Origin: Gammaproteobacteria bacterium
Lineage (GTDB): Bacteria; Pseudomonadota; Gammaproteobacteria; Eutrophobiales; Eutrophobiaceae
Length of the DNA: 64,000 nt
Direction: 5' to 3'
NCBI GenBank assembly: GCA_965243205.1
Contig: CBDEUK010000002.1
Span: forward strand, 1,088,001 to 1,152,000
Both the position numbers and the translations under genes were made by a program. Below, in pieces: positions 22,449 through 32,558 of the stretch; positions within the stretch are counted from its first letter, which is position 1, and each line of letters begins with the position of its first letter. The notes under the pieces were generated by a model that saw only the letters and a program-made list of their open reading frames with translations, made no database searches and was not told the DNA's origin.

Positions 22449-22673
22449 TTATTTCATTTTACGTGCAGCAACTAGACCAGCTACACCAACACCTAATAAT
22501 AACCAAGCAGCTGGCTCTGGAACAGATGGATTACCACCGCCATTTGGATTACCGCCGCCATTTTGCATACCGCCGCCATTTTCATTGCCACCATTGGTAG
22601 CGACACCGGCAATAGTTGCACCAGAAAATCCGAATAAAGACATTAACAATAACAACGCACTTAATTTTTTCAT
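22449..22673 (-). CDS. Minimal PEP-CTERM sorting-domain protein (74 aa)
   Basis: ATG at 22673 with GAGG RBS; signal peptide, NGGG repeats, then VPEP-AAWLLLGVGVAGLVAA-RKMK. Confidence 0.88.
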   Translation of the reverse strand: MKKLSALLLLMSLFGFSGATIAGVATNGGNENGGGMQNGGGNPNGGGNPSVPEPAAWLLLGVGVAGLVAARKMK

Positions 22674-22721
22674 AGCATTTGACCTCAAAATATACGAATT
22701 TAAACCGCCCTGCATGACATT

Positions 22722-22736
22722 GAAACCACTATGCCA
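22722..22736 (-). promoter_or_regulatory. Probable sigma54 promoter of the PEP-CTERM gene
   Basis: TGGCAT-AGTGG-TTTC; the -12 element differs from TTGC at one position. Confidence 0.45.
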
Positions 22737-23010
22737 AATTTATATAAGCTCTCCTGAGAATAACTCTCATCATTCATGAGACATCAGAGCGATCACCCTT
22801 CAATAAAAAACCGAAACAATGTAGACGTAAAATGTAACGATTTTCTAGGATAATTATCAATTAGAGGCAAAATAAAATCAATGTAAAATTGGATAGGCTT
22901 TAATCAACTAGGATATCCATGATGTTAAAGAATAATTTTATCATTTAAGGCGAAATTATTACTCTATTTACTTGATTTAGTTTAAAATATTTGTATATAA
23001 ATAAGAAAAT

Positions 23011-24732
23011 TTGAAATTTACAGTACCAATGTCTGAAAAAGATCCATCACAATCAAAAAATGCCTTACCCATGGGTTATCAGCTGCATTGGTATACTATT
23101 AAGGATATCTTAGGCCATGGCGGGTTTGGCATCACATATCTTGCTTATGATCAAAACCTTGCCCATGAAGTTGCCATCAAAGAGTACATGCCCTCAGAAT
23201 TATCGGTTAGAGATTCTGATGATCATAGTGTTCATCCCTTAAGTGATCGCAAAAAATCACGTTATGAATGGGGGCTGGAAAGATTCATATCTGAAGCCAG
23301 AACAATTGGGCGCTTTAAACATGCCAATATTATTCGGGTACGCAACGTCTTTGAAGATAATAATACTGCTTACATGGTAATGGATTATGAGGTTGGTGAA
23401 AGTCTACAGGATATATTGACTCGGAAAAAAATACTAAACCAAGATGAATTAATGAGTATGATTTTTCCAATCATTGAAGGAGTGAAATCTATCCATGCCT
23501 CAGGGTTCATCCATCGTGATATTAAACCAGCAAACATTTTTATTCGAACTGGTGGCGAACCTGTTTTACTTGATTTTGGTTCAGCAAGAAAAGCTGTTTC
23601 AAAGCATAAACGTACTATAACCAGTTTATTCTCCAAAGGTTATGCACCGATTGAGCAGTACGAATCCTCAGATGATAACGATACCCAAGGCCCTTGGACT
23701 GATATCTATTCTTTAGGCGCAACTATGTATCGATGCATTTCAGGCATGGCGCCAACTGATGCTATTGACCGTAGTTCTGCAATTATTCATACCGGCCAAG
23801 ACACTTATGTCTCTGCTGTTGAAATTGGAGAAGGCCGATATTCAAAATCGTTACTTGAGGCGATTGACTTCGCTATGAATTTTAAACGCGACGAGCGTCC
23901 TGGCGATATAGCAGAATGGGAAATCGGTTTACATAACCTAGCTCCTCCAATGGGTGATATCACTATTCAAAATAGTATTTTGGAAGTTGAAAATAAAAAT
24001 CGTTTCATGACGGCAAAAAAAGCCGCGACTGAAGGTGATGTCAAAGCCCAAGCAGAATTAGCCTATTACTATGTTAGAGGCGTTGGCACCGAAAAAGATG
24101 ATTCAATGGCATTTAATTGGTATTTCAACGCCGCACAACAAAACAATATTAACTCACAATACAATTTAGGTGTGATGTACGCCAAGGGTCGGGGCGTGAA
24201 GCAAAATTTTGCAGAAGCGTTTCGCTGGTATAAGCGTGCCGCGGAGCAAGGCGATCCAGCTGCACAAGCTACCATCGCTATGATGTGTGAAAAAGGCATC
24301 GGCACTGATAAAAATATGCAAGACGCTGTCAGTTATTATTTGTTAGCAGCGGAACAAGGCAATGTGAATGCACAATATACGTTAGGTACTTGGTTTGCCA
24401 AAGGCACTGGCGTTGAAAAGGATTATCCAAAAGCTTTTTCTTGGTTTCAAAAAGCAGCAGAACAAGGCCACATCAATGCACAACTTAATCTAGGCTATTT
24501 TTACGGTAAAGGTAAAGGCATTGAACGAGATGATAGAAAAGCCTTTGAATGGTTTCAACAAGCAGCTGAGCAAGGCAATTCAAATGCTCAATATAATTTA
24601 GGGGTTATTTATTCCAGAGGACGAGGAATAGAAGTGGATCTGACTAAATCCAGAGAATGGTATCGAAAAGCTGCTGATCAAGGCGACGAAGGTGCGAAAC
24701 AAGCACTTAAAAAATTACCGCCAGACGAATAA
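23011..24732 (+). CDS. Ser/Thr protein kinase fused to six Sel1-like repeats
   Basis: GHGGFG, AIKE, HRDIKPAN, DFG and APIE motifs; six 36-aa SLRs. Start may be the ATG at 23029. Confidence 0.92.
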   Translation: MKFTVPMSEKDPSQSKNALPMGYQLHWYTIKDILGHGGFGITYLAYDQNLAHEVAIKEYMPSELSVRDSDDHSVHPLSDRKKSRYEWGLERFISEARTIGRFKHANIIRVRNVFEDNNTAYMVMDYEVGESLQDILTRKKILNQDELMSMIFPIIEGVKSIHASGFIHRDIKPANIFIRTGGEPVLLDFGSARKAVSKHKRTITSLFSKGYAPIEQYESSDDNDTQGPWTDIYSLGATMYRCISGMAPTDAIDRSSAIIHTGQDTYVSAVEIGEGRYSKSLLEAIDFAMNFKRDERPGDIAEWEIGLHNLAPPMGDITIQNSILEVENKNRFMTAKKAATEGDVKAQAELAYYYVRGVGTEKDDSMAFNWYFNAAQQNNINSQYNLGVMYAKGRGVKQNFAEAFRWYKRAAEQGDPAAQATIAMMCEKGIGTDKNMQDAVSYYLLAAEQGNVNAQYTLGTWFAKGTGVEKDYPKAFSWFQKAAEQGHINAQLNLGYFYGKGKGIERDDRKAFEWFQQAAEQGNSNAQYNLGVIYSRGRGIEVDLTKSREWYRKAADQGDEGAKQALKKLPPDE

Positions 24733-24829
24733 TTTCTTTTTTATATAAAGAAACAAAAAGATTTTTTCTATATATATTTTTTTATTATTTTTTCAAAAAA
24801 TTTAATAACGTTTCCGTCTTTATGACGTC

Positions 24830-25227
24830 ATACTTTTCTTTGATGAGCAAAGAAAAGTATCAAAAGAAAGCTCACCCCGAATGACATAGCCTAAAGGCTT
24901 CCTTCGTCATTCGTTGTCACAACGGGTCGCTTTTACGCGATGTCCTATCGCGAAAAGCTAAGTTTTACTTCCTGTAAAACTTACCCTGTTCAAACTCATT
25001 CCTCAGCATGTCATACGGGTTACTGTAAAGTTTTAATTTCCCGTTGAGACTTGCCGATTGAGGAAGCTGGCGTAGCGGAAAATTCACAGGGATGTGAATT
25101 TTAGCGAAGCGAAACAGGAGGTTTCGACTGAGCGACGTGTTATGACAGATTACTCATGAGGAATTACAAGGCGAACGGGTGTCTTTGTCTTTGGTTACTT
25201 TCTATTGGACAAGCAATAGAAAGTAAC
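24830..25227. repeat. Non-coding palindromic MITE/REPIN-like element
   Basis: Related terminal hairpins in inverted orientation, internal nested stems and four GGA-loop hairpins; lies between convergent genes. Confidence 0.75.
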
Positions 25228-25268
25228 AAACATAAATTTTGAATACTTTTTAAAAAAAGTATTATTAA

Positions 25269-25805
25269 CTACTCTGTAGTTAATTTCTGAAGATCCGCAA
25301 TAATCTCATCACTATGAGACGATGGATTTACCTTACGATAAATCTTCGCCAACTTACCTTGCGGATTGATTATAAAACTATGACGTTTCGCTAATTTTAA
25401 TGGCCCAAGTGACATTAACGAACCATATGATTTAGCAACTGCTCCATCAGCATCGGATAACAGTGTAAACGGTAAACCATGTTTCTCTGCAAATTTTGCA
25501 TGACTTTCAGCATTATCAATACTCACTCCTATAACTTCAGCACCTAATGCTTTTATCTCAATAATGTCATCACGAAAATTACACGCCTCTGTTGTACATC
25601 CTGGTGTGTCATCTTTGGGATAAAAATACAAAACTACCCACTTATCTTTATAATCTATTAATTGGTGTGTTTTTTGGTATTGATCAATTAATGAAAAATC
25701 AGGTGCATCGTCATTAATAGAAAGTTCATTTGCAGATAAGAACTGACTGAAAAAAGTCATCATGATTATTGAGATAAATAATAAATTGAGTTTCGATAAT
25801 TTCAT
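25269..25805 (-). CDS. bcp: Peroxiredoxin, Bcp/PrxQ family, with signal peptide
   Basis: YFYPKDDTPGCTTEAC motif; N-terminal signal sequence. Confidence 0.92.
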   Translation of the reverse strand: MKLSKLNLLFISIIMMTFFSQFLSANELSINDDAPDFSLIDQYQKTHQLIDYKDKWVVLYFYPKDDTPGCTTEACNFRDDIIEIKALGAEVIGVSIDNAESHAKFAEKHGLPFTLLSDADGAVAKSYGSLMSLGPLKLAKRHSFIINPQGKLAKIYRKVNPSSHSDEIIADLQKLTTE

Positions 25806-25872
25806 GCGGTTGAGTTTAACGCAACTTTGTTTCGTTTTATTCCATTAACAAAATTTGTTCAAAACAAAGTTC

Positions 25873-26100
25873 TGTCTTAAAAATACGACAATTATCACAT
25901 TATTTATTCAAACTAGCTGTTTGAACGTTGCTAAAAACTGCGATTTAAAATAATTCACATACAAATCTTGCTTAGCAACATAAACTTTTATTGGTCTTTT
26001 TAAATCAAGTACTTAATTAGAAAATCTAGAAGCTTTATCTGCAAAAAAACAAAGCAAACTAGTTCACGAATCATAAAATTAAAGTTGGCACTCAGTTTGC
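25873..26100 (+). promoter_or_regulatory. Sigma54 promoter with IHF site and candidate enhancer
   Basis: TGGCAC-TCAGT-TTGC (26086-26100); IHF consensus AATCAA-GTAC-TTA (26003-26015); palindrome TGTC-N10-GACA (25873-25890). Confidence 0.75.
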
Positions 26101-26167
26101 CAATAACATTTATGTAACAGAGAGTTGTTATGGTTTAAATAGAAATGTATTTATTGGTTTTTTAGCA

Positions 26168-26320
26168 ATGAGTCTTGAAGAAAAAATTCATCAACATAAA
26201 AGTTTAAAGCATTACAGTACCGGTCATTACGCAAGTTTATTGCGTGATAAGTATCAAGATAGACCATCGATTCCCCAGAAGCACTGGGTAGGCCAGTACA
26301 AAAGCTTTAAAAAAGCTTAA
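26168..26320 (+). CDS. Putative 50-aa small protein downstream of the sigma54 promoter
   Basis: MSLEEKIHQHKSLKHYSTGHYASLLRDKYQDRPSIPQKHWVGQYKSFKKA*; ends 7 nt before the typA stop; weak RBS. Confidence 0.45.
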   Translation: MSLEEKIHQHKSLKHYSTGHYASLLRDKYQDRPSIPQKHWVGQYKSFKKA

Positions 26321-26327
26321 ACGCCGC

Positions 26328-28145
26328 TTAAGCTGATTTACGCGAGGCACTTTTCCGTTCGTGTTCTTTTAGATATTTCTTACGAACACGGATAGCACTT
26401 GGTGTTACTTCTACCAATTCATCATCATCAATAAATTCTAACGCTTGTTCTAATGTCATACGAATGGGTGGCGTTAAGATAATATTTTCATCTGAGCCTG
26501 AAGCACGAACATTGGTCAGCTGTTTCCCTTTCAATGGATTCACTGTTAAATCATTATCTCTTGAGTGAATACCTACTACCATCCCTTCATAAACTTCATC
26601 GCCATGACCAATCATTAATTTGCCACGTTCTTGTAGATTAAATAAGGCATAACCCAAGGCCTTACCTTTGCCATTCGCAATCATAACGCCATTGATACGT
26701 TGACCAATCGCCATGTCCACAAGCGGCCCATAATGATCAAACACGTTGTACATTAAACCAGTTCCTGAAGTCATGGTTAAAAACTCTGTACGAAATCCAA
26801 TTAAGCCACGAGCAGGAATGATGAAATCTAAACGTACTCGCCCCTTACCATCATTGGTCATATTTTTCATATCACCACGACGTTCACCAATCTTTTCCAT
26901 CACAGAACCTTGATGTTGCTCTTCAACATCAATGCTTAATTGCTCATAGGGTTCTTGAAGTTCACCATCGACTTCTCGCACAATCACTTCAGGGCGTCCA
27001 ACAGCTAATTCATAACTTTCTCGACGCATGCTTTCAATTAATACTGAAAGATGTAATTCACCTCGACCAGATACACGATACTTTTCAGCGTCTTCAGTAC
27101 GCTCAACTCGTAATGCAACATTGTGTTTTAGTTCCTGTTGCAAACGCTCCCAAATGTTTCGTGAAGTAACATATTTACCTTCTTTACCGGCAAAAGGTGA
27201 TGTATTAGGTTGAAAAGTCATACTAATAGTCGGTTCGTCGACTGTTAGCATTGGCATGGCTTCGACATTTTCAGGATCACAGATCACCTCAGAGATATCC
27301 AAAGGATCGATACCTGTCACTGCAACAATATCACCAGCGCTGGCTTCATCAACTTCGACTCGCTCTAAACCGTGGAAACCAAAGACCTGCATTATTTTGC
27401 CTGAGCGAGAGTTACCGTCACGATCTAGAATTTTAACCACTGAATTACGCGTAACCTTGCCACGTTTAATACGGCCAATACCAATCATTCCAAGGAAGTT
27501 ATTGTAATCCAGAGTCGAAACTTGCATTTGGAATGCACCATCCAGATCCACATCAGGCGGTGAGACATGTTTCAAAATCGTATCGATTAAATACGACATA
27601 TCACCTTCACTGACTTCAGGGCTATCACCACTAAAGCCTTGTATGCCCGATGCATACACGACAGGGAAATCTAACTGTTCATCGGTTGCGCCGAGCTGAT
27701 CAAATAAATCAAAGGTCTGATCTAATACCCAGTCTGGTCTCGCGCCATCACGATCAATCTTATTAATAACAACAATCGGTTTAAAACCCATAGCAAAGGC
27801 TTTTTGGGTTACAAATCGAGTTTGTGGCATAGGCCCTTCAACTGCATCGACTAATAACAGTACACAATCCACCATTGATAATACACGTTCAACCTCGCCA
27901 CCAAAGTCTGCGTGTCCGGGCGTATCAACAATATTGATTCGATAATCTTGCCATTTTATTGCGGTGTTTTTTGAAAGAATGGTAATGCCACGTTCTTTCT
28001 CTTGATCATTTGAATCCATTACACGCTCATGCGGCACAGAACGTTGATCCAAAGTACCAGACTGTTGAAGTAGTTGATCAACTAAGGTGGTTTTACCGTG
28101 GTCGACGTGAGCAATGATGGCGATGTTACGAAGCTTTTCTATCAC
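26328..28145 (-). CDS. typA: Translational GTPase TypA/BipA
   Basis: [38 protein letters not shown]. Confidence 0.98.
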   Translation of the reverse strand: MIEKLRNIAIIAHVDHGKTTLVDQLLQQSGTLDQRSVPHERVMDSNDQEKERGITILSKNTAIKWQDYRINIVDTPGHADFGGEVERVLSMVDCVLLLVDAVEGPMPQTRFVTQKAFAMGFKPIVVINKIDRDGARPDWVLDQTFDLFDQLGATDEQLDFPVVYASGIQGFSGDSPEVSEGDMSYLIDTILKHVSPPDVDLDGAFQMQVSTLDYNNFLGMIGIGRIKRGKVTRNSVVKILDRDGNSRSGKIMQVFGFHGLERVEVDEASAGDIVAVTGIDPLDISEVICDPENVEAMPMLTVDEPTISMTFQPNTSPFAGKEGKYVTSRNIWERLQQELKHNVALRVERTEDAEKYRVSGRGELHLSVLIESMRRESYELAVGRPEVIVREVDGELQEPYEQLSIDVEEQHQGSVMEKIGERRGDMKNMTNDGKGRVRLDFIIPARGLIGFRTEFLTMTSGTGLMYNVFDHYGPLVDMAIGQRINGVMIANGKGKALGYALFNLQERGKLMIGHGDEVYEGMVVGIHSRDNDLTVNPLKGKQLTNVRASGSDENIILTPPIRMTLEQALEFIDDDELVEVTPSAIRVRKKYLKEHERKSASRKSA

Positions 28146-28386
28146 TTAGGGAATCCTGCAAAACAAAAGCGCGGCATTATACAGATTAATTGTAAGAGTG
28201 CGATGAAAGCGATGGAAATTTACTCACTTTTCATCCATATGGGTGAGTAACAGCGGGTTTTTGACTTATTATGTTGTAAAATTTTCTTTAAATTTCATAG
28301 TTTTACTTGTAAATCTTATCAAATTAGTAGAAGATGCAACTCGATAATTAATCTTACTCGTACATAAACTAGTTCCTGGTATTAAT

Positions 28387-29121
28387 ATGGCTTCATCAAA
28401 CAACACAGGAATTGACGATGGAAGTCGTTCCGCATATGACCGTGAACAATGGCAGCAATGCCAAGATGCCTTGGAAAGGATCTATCTTTTCTTTAATGAA
28501 GTTACTTATTCTCTAAAACCGTTACAACTCTCAGAAACTCATGACTTCAAAATCACGAATACTGTAACGTTGCATGAGCTAAAAAAAACCAATTTTGTTT
28601 GTAATACCAAACGTAAAGAGTTTGGCGAAATTAGTGCCTTTACATTTCGATACCACTTAATTGGAAATAACCATTTCAATATCAAAGTGGTCAGCCAAGA
28701 AGAAGCTGAATTTTTAAGTAAGATACTTAGTGAGCGTAGAATTCGTTATCGACGCTATGATGAAAATCCTAATGTTATTCCACGGCACATATTGTTTGAT
28801 ATAACACCGAAGATAACGACTCGCTTTGTATTTACCCCATCACCTGACCGTAAATATATTTTACTTAAAGTGTCTAACTACGATGGTAAGTGGGATCAGA
28901 ATTTGAAATTCAAACCTGAACGCTTAAAAGATCAATTATTAGATGAAATCGCTAAATATGCTTTACATCAAAATAACGAATTCTTAGAGATTACTGGTAA
29001 CCGTCTAAGTTTAAGCATGTTAGAAAAACTCAGAGCACAATTACACGGCGAGGAAAACAAAAAACATCCTGAACCGGATAAGCACGGCTTATTGGATATT
29101 TTTAAGCGTCATGTACGCTAG
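28387..29121 (+). CDS. Hypothetical cytoplasmic protein
   Basis: 244-aa ORF that fills the intergenic space; no recognised motif. Confidence 0.7.
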   Translation: MASSNNTGIDDGSRSAYDREQWQQCQDALERIYLFFNEVTYSLKPLQLSETHDFKITNTVTLHELKKTNFVCNTKRKEFGEISAFTFRYHLIGNNHFNIKVVSQEEAEFLSKILSERRIRYRRYDENPNVIPRHILFDITPKITTRFVFTPSPDRKYILLKVSNYDGKWDQNLKFKPERLKDQLLDEIAKYALHQNNEFLEITGNRLSLSMLEKLRAQLHGEENKKHPEPDKHGLLDIFKRHVR

Positions 29122-29134
29122 AAATACAGTATTT

Positions 29135-29938
<804 letters not shown>

Positions 29939-30063
29939 TTATCTCTCTAATTTAATAATTTGCCTGAGTATACATCAGAGCTCCATTAAATAAGATCATG
30001 GATTTTAAAAATATTTGCTTTAAGATCCGCTGCATTTTTGCTGATGTCCTTCTGGAGAACTTC

Positions 30064-31083
30064 ATGTATCACCCAATTTTAAAAAATTATTTTTTATTAG
30101 GCTGTCTATTATTGATTAGCTTTAATAGCTTTGCTGATGTGATTATCTTAAAAAATGGCGACCGACTTAGCGGCACAATAAAAAACAAACTGGGCGATAA
30201 AGTTCTTTTTGAAAGCAGCTATTTAGGCGAGGTCAATATTCCTTGGTCTGAAGTCGTTTCGTTAACTTCTGATAAAGACTTAAGAATACAATTAAGTGAT
30301 AAAGTAATTACAGGAACATCTATCAAATCTGAAGATGGCACAATAAAGCTTGCCGCCGATGAGTTATTTGAAACCAAAGCGATTCCTCTAGCTGAAATTG
30401 CAGCCATTAACCCGCCTCAACACGATGGGAAAGTAAAACTTAAAGGTAATGCTAACCTAGGTGGCGCTGTTTATGATGGAAACACCGATAGAAAATCTTT
30501 ACATATTGACGCAGAACTCATAGCACGTTCATTAAACAATCGTATTACCTTAGGCGGTGCTTATAACTATGGAGAAGATACTGGCTCAGAGTCAACAAAT
30601 AATGCAATTGTGTACAGCAAGTACGATCATTTCTTCACCGAAAAATGGTACGGCTATGCCAATACCACTTTTGAAACCGATAAATTTCAAGACCTAAAAC
30701 TACGTTCATCACTGGGTGGTGGTATGGGTTATCAGTTTATTGAAAATGAACGTACTCAATTATCACTAGAAGGTGGTGTCAGTTATGTAAATGAGGATTT
30801 TATATCTGCAGCTAGTAATTCATTTGCTGCAGGCCGTTGGGCGTTTCGCTTCGACCATTGGTTACTCGTAGAGATGTTGCAGTTCTTCCATCATCATGAG
30901 GGTTTGTTATCGTTCGATGATGTAAATGATGTGTATGTACGCACACGTACTGGTTTAAGGTTGCCTTTATTTCATGGCTTAGCCATTACGGCCGAAGTCG
31001 ATGTAGATTACGATAATGTTCCAGCACCTGGTAACCAAGAAACAGATACAGCTTACTTATTGAATATTGGATATGGATTCTAA
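30064..31083 (+). CDS. DUF481-family outer-membrane beta-barrel protein
   Basis: Likely ATG at 30064 after GGAGA; signal peptide, LKNGDRLSG N-domain, GNTD strand, terminal YGF. Confidence 0.85.
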   Translation: MYHPILKNYFLLGCLLLISFNSFADVIILKNGDRLSGTIKNKLGDKVLFESSYLGEVNIPWSEVVSLTSDKDLRIQLSDKVITGTSIKSEDGTIKLAADELFETKAIPLAEIAAINPPQHDGKVKLKGNANLGGAVYDGNTDRKSLHIDAELIARSLNNRITLGGAYNYGEDTGSESTNNAIVYSKYDHFFTEKWYGYANTTFETDKFQDLKLRSSLGGGMGYQFIENERTQLSLEGGVSYVNEDFISAASNSFAAGRWAFRFDHWLLVEMLQFFHHHEGLLSFDDVNDVYVRTRTGLRLPLFHGLAITAEVDVDYDNVPAPGNQETDTAYLLNIGYGF

Positions 31084-31087
31084 TTTT

Positions 31088-31618
31088 TTAATCCGTTTTC
31101 GAAGCTGATTGCAAACGTTCATAATCAATATACTGTTCCATTTCCTTTTGCGCATAAACCTGTTGATTATGAAAGATGCGTTGTTTTTCAACTAACATTT
31201 TTAAATGCTTTTCAGCTTCTTGATTACCATTCTCATAAGCTACGTAGTACCACTTATAGGCTTCTATATGGTCTTTCGATTCTTTGGCTAACTCTTCTAT
31301 AACTAACGCATAGTTTAATTGAGCACCTGGATGTTTTTGTTTTGCAGCCTTTTCAAACCATATACCCGCTTTTTGTAAATCCCGTTTACCAACCAGACCT
31401 AAATAATGCATTAATCCTAAATAAGCTTGGGCATCGGCCTCGCCAGCTTTTGCACGTGGTTTAAATAACTCATATGCCTTTTCATAATTATGACTCTGAA
31501 AATAATCCTCAGCAGTTTTGTTACTACCTCCACAAGAAGCTAAAGAGACTATTATCAATAGATAGATAGACTGAAATAAACTGTTGAGTTTATTCAGGCT
31601 CATCTTCTTCATCTTCAA
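31088..31618 (-). CDS. Sel1-repeat lipoprotein
   Basis: Lipobox LASC; AQAYLGLMHY...WFEKAAKQ repeats; overlaps the upstream gene. Confidence 0.85.
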   Translation of the reverse strand: MKMKKMSLNKLNSLFQSIYLLIIVSLASCGGSNKTAEDYFQSHNYEKAYELFKPRAKAGEADAQAYLGLMHYLGLVGKRDLQKAGIWFEKAAKQKHPGAQLNYALVIEELAKESKDHIEAYKWYYVAYENGNQEAEKHLKMLVEKQRIFHNQQVYAQKEMEQYIDYERLQSASKTD

Positions 31619-32558
31619 ACTCTACGAGTTCGAATAACTCTTCTTGTGACGATAAATAATCATCTAAACTTAAGTCGCTTTGAAACTTAAACATGGGTGG
31701 TTGTAAGTTGTTCATATAATCGGCTCTTCGATCATATGAATCATATTCAAAATAATATATTCCATAAAAGAACGCCAAGATAGCTCCACTCATGAGGCAA
31801 GCTGCGCGTAATGGCTTTCGTAAATTCGTCGCTATGGAATAATTAAAATACAATAATATTGCCATAGTGAAAAAGCCTAAGCTCCAATTCAATATAGTCT
31901 CTAATGTTTGGCTATTCGTAATATACGAAATTGGTCCAAAGATTATCTCAACCACACTCGCCAATAAAAAAACTAAGGAAGTTCCCGTAAATTGAATAAT
32001 AAACTGGTTCTGATGCCTAAGTAATTTACCGACGATAGCCCAGATAAATGCCCATACCACGATAAAAAACTGAACATAAAGTACCGTAGACAACATCCTT
32101 TCCCAATCGATTTCAGAATAGCTCTCTAACCACTCCGCTAATATCGTTATTCCAGAAACCGCTAAGGTGATTAGTAAGATAGGAAATAATAATTGCCAAA
32201 TACTTAAATGATAAAAATTTGAAAACGCTAATTTACGTGTCTCTTGAACTGCATGTTCATCTGCAAAAAAACGCAAAACAGTTCTACCAACCGTTACCCA
32301 ATCACCCGATTGAATTTTCACTTGTGAATGTCGTAATACCTTACCGTTCACAAACACTGGGTTAGTATTATCTAAAACATCGATATACCAATCGTTGCGT
32401 TTCTTACGTAAACGTAATTGATTAGGTGCTAAGAAAGGATCGGATAACACCAAATCATTTTTAAAGGAACGACCGATATTGAAAATAACATCATCGCATT
32501 TTAAGGTATTAGCTAACTGCCCACTTTTTGGGCCGACTTGAATAATCATGGAATCCAT
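31590..32558 (-). CDS. FHA-domain membrane protein
   Basis: IGRSFKNDLVL...VFVNG...GDWVTVG FHA fold followed by about five TM helices. Confidence 0.85.
   Translation of the reverse strand: MDSMIIQVGPKSGQLANTLKCDDVIFNIGRSFKNDLVLSDPFLAPNQLRLRKKRNDWYIDVLDNTNPVFVNGKVLRHSQVKIQSGDWVTVGRTVLRFFADEHAVQETRKLAFSNFYHLSIWQLLFPILLITLAVSGITILAEWLESYSEIDWERMLSTVLYVQFFIVVWAFIWAIVGKLLRHQNQFIIQFTGTSLVFLLASVVEIIFGPISYITNSQTLETILNWSLGFFTMAILLYFNYSIATNLRKPLRAACLMSGAILAFFYGIYYFEYDSYDRRADYMNNLQPPMFKFQSDLSLDDYLSSQEELFELVEFEDEEDEPE

Noticed and set aside
22674-22715. Longer 88-aa start for the PEP-CTERM gene
   Set aside because: The ATG at 22673 has a GAGG RBS and gives a canonical MKK signal peptide; the upstream ATG lies at or before the likely transcription start.
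22800-22900. PrsR / PEP-CTERM box enhancer
   Set aside because: Only half-sites (TGTAAC, TGTAAA) were found, with no complete TGT-N11-ACA palindrome.
24030-24700. Periodic ~108-bp similarity that could suggest a repeat array
   Set aside because: Explained by the coding Sel1 repeats; not CRISPR-like.
24830-25227. Interpretation as a CRISPR array, tRNA or classical CsrB/RsmZ sRNA gene
   Set aside because: No repeat-spacer periodicity or tRNA arms. There are only two GGA-loop hairpins per strand and no evident promoter, and the inverted termini fit a mobile repeat better.
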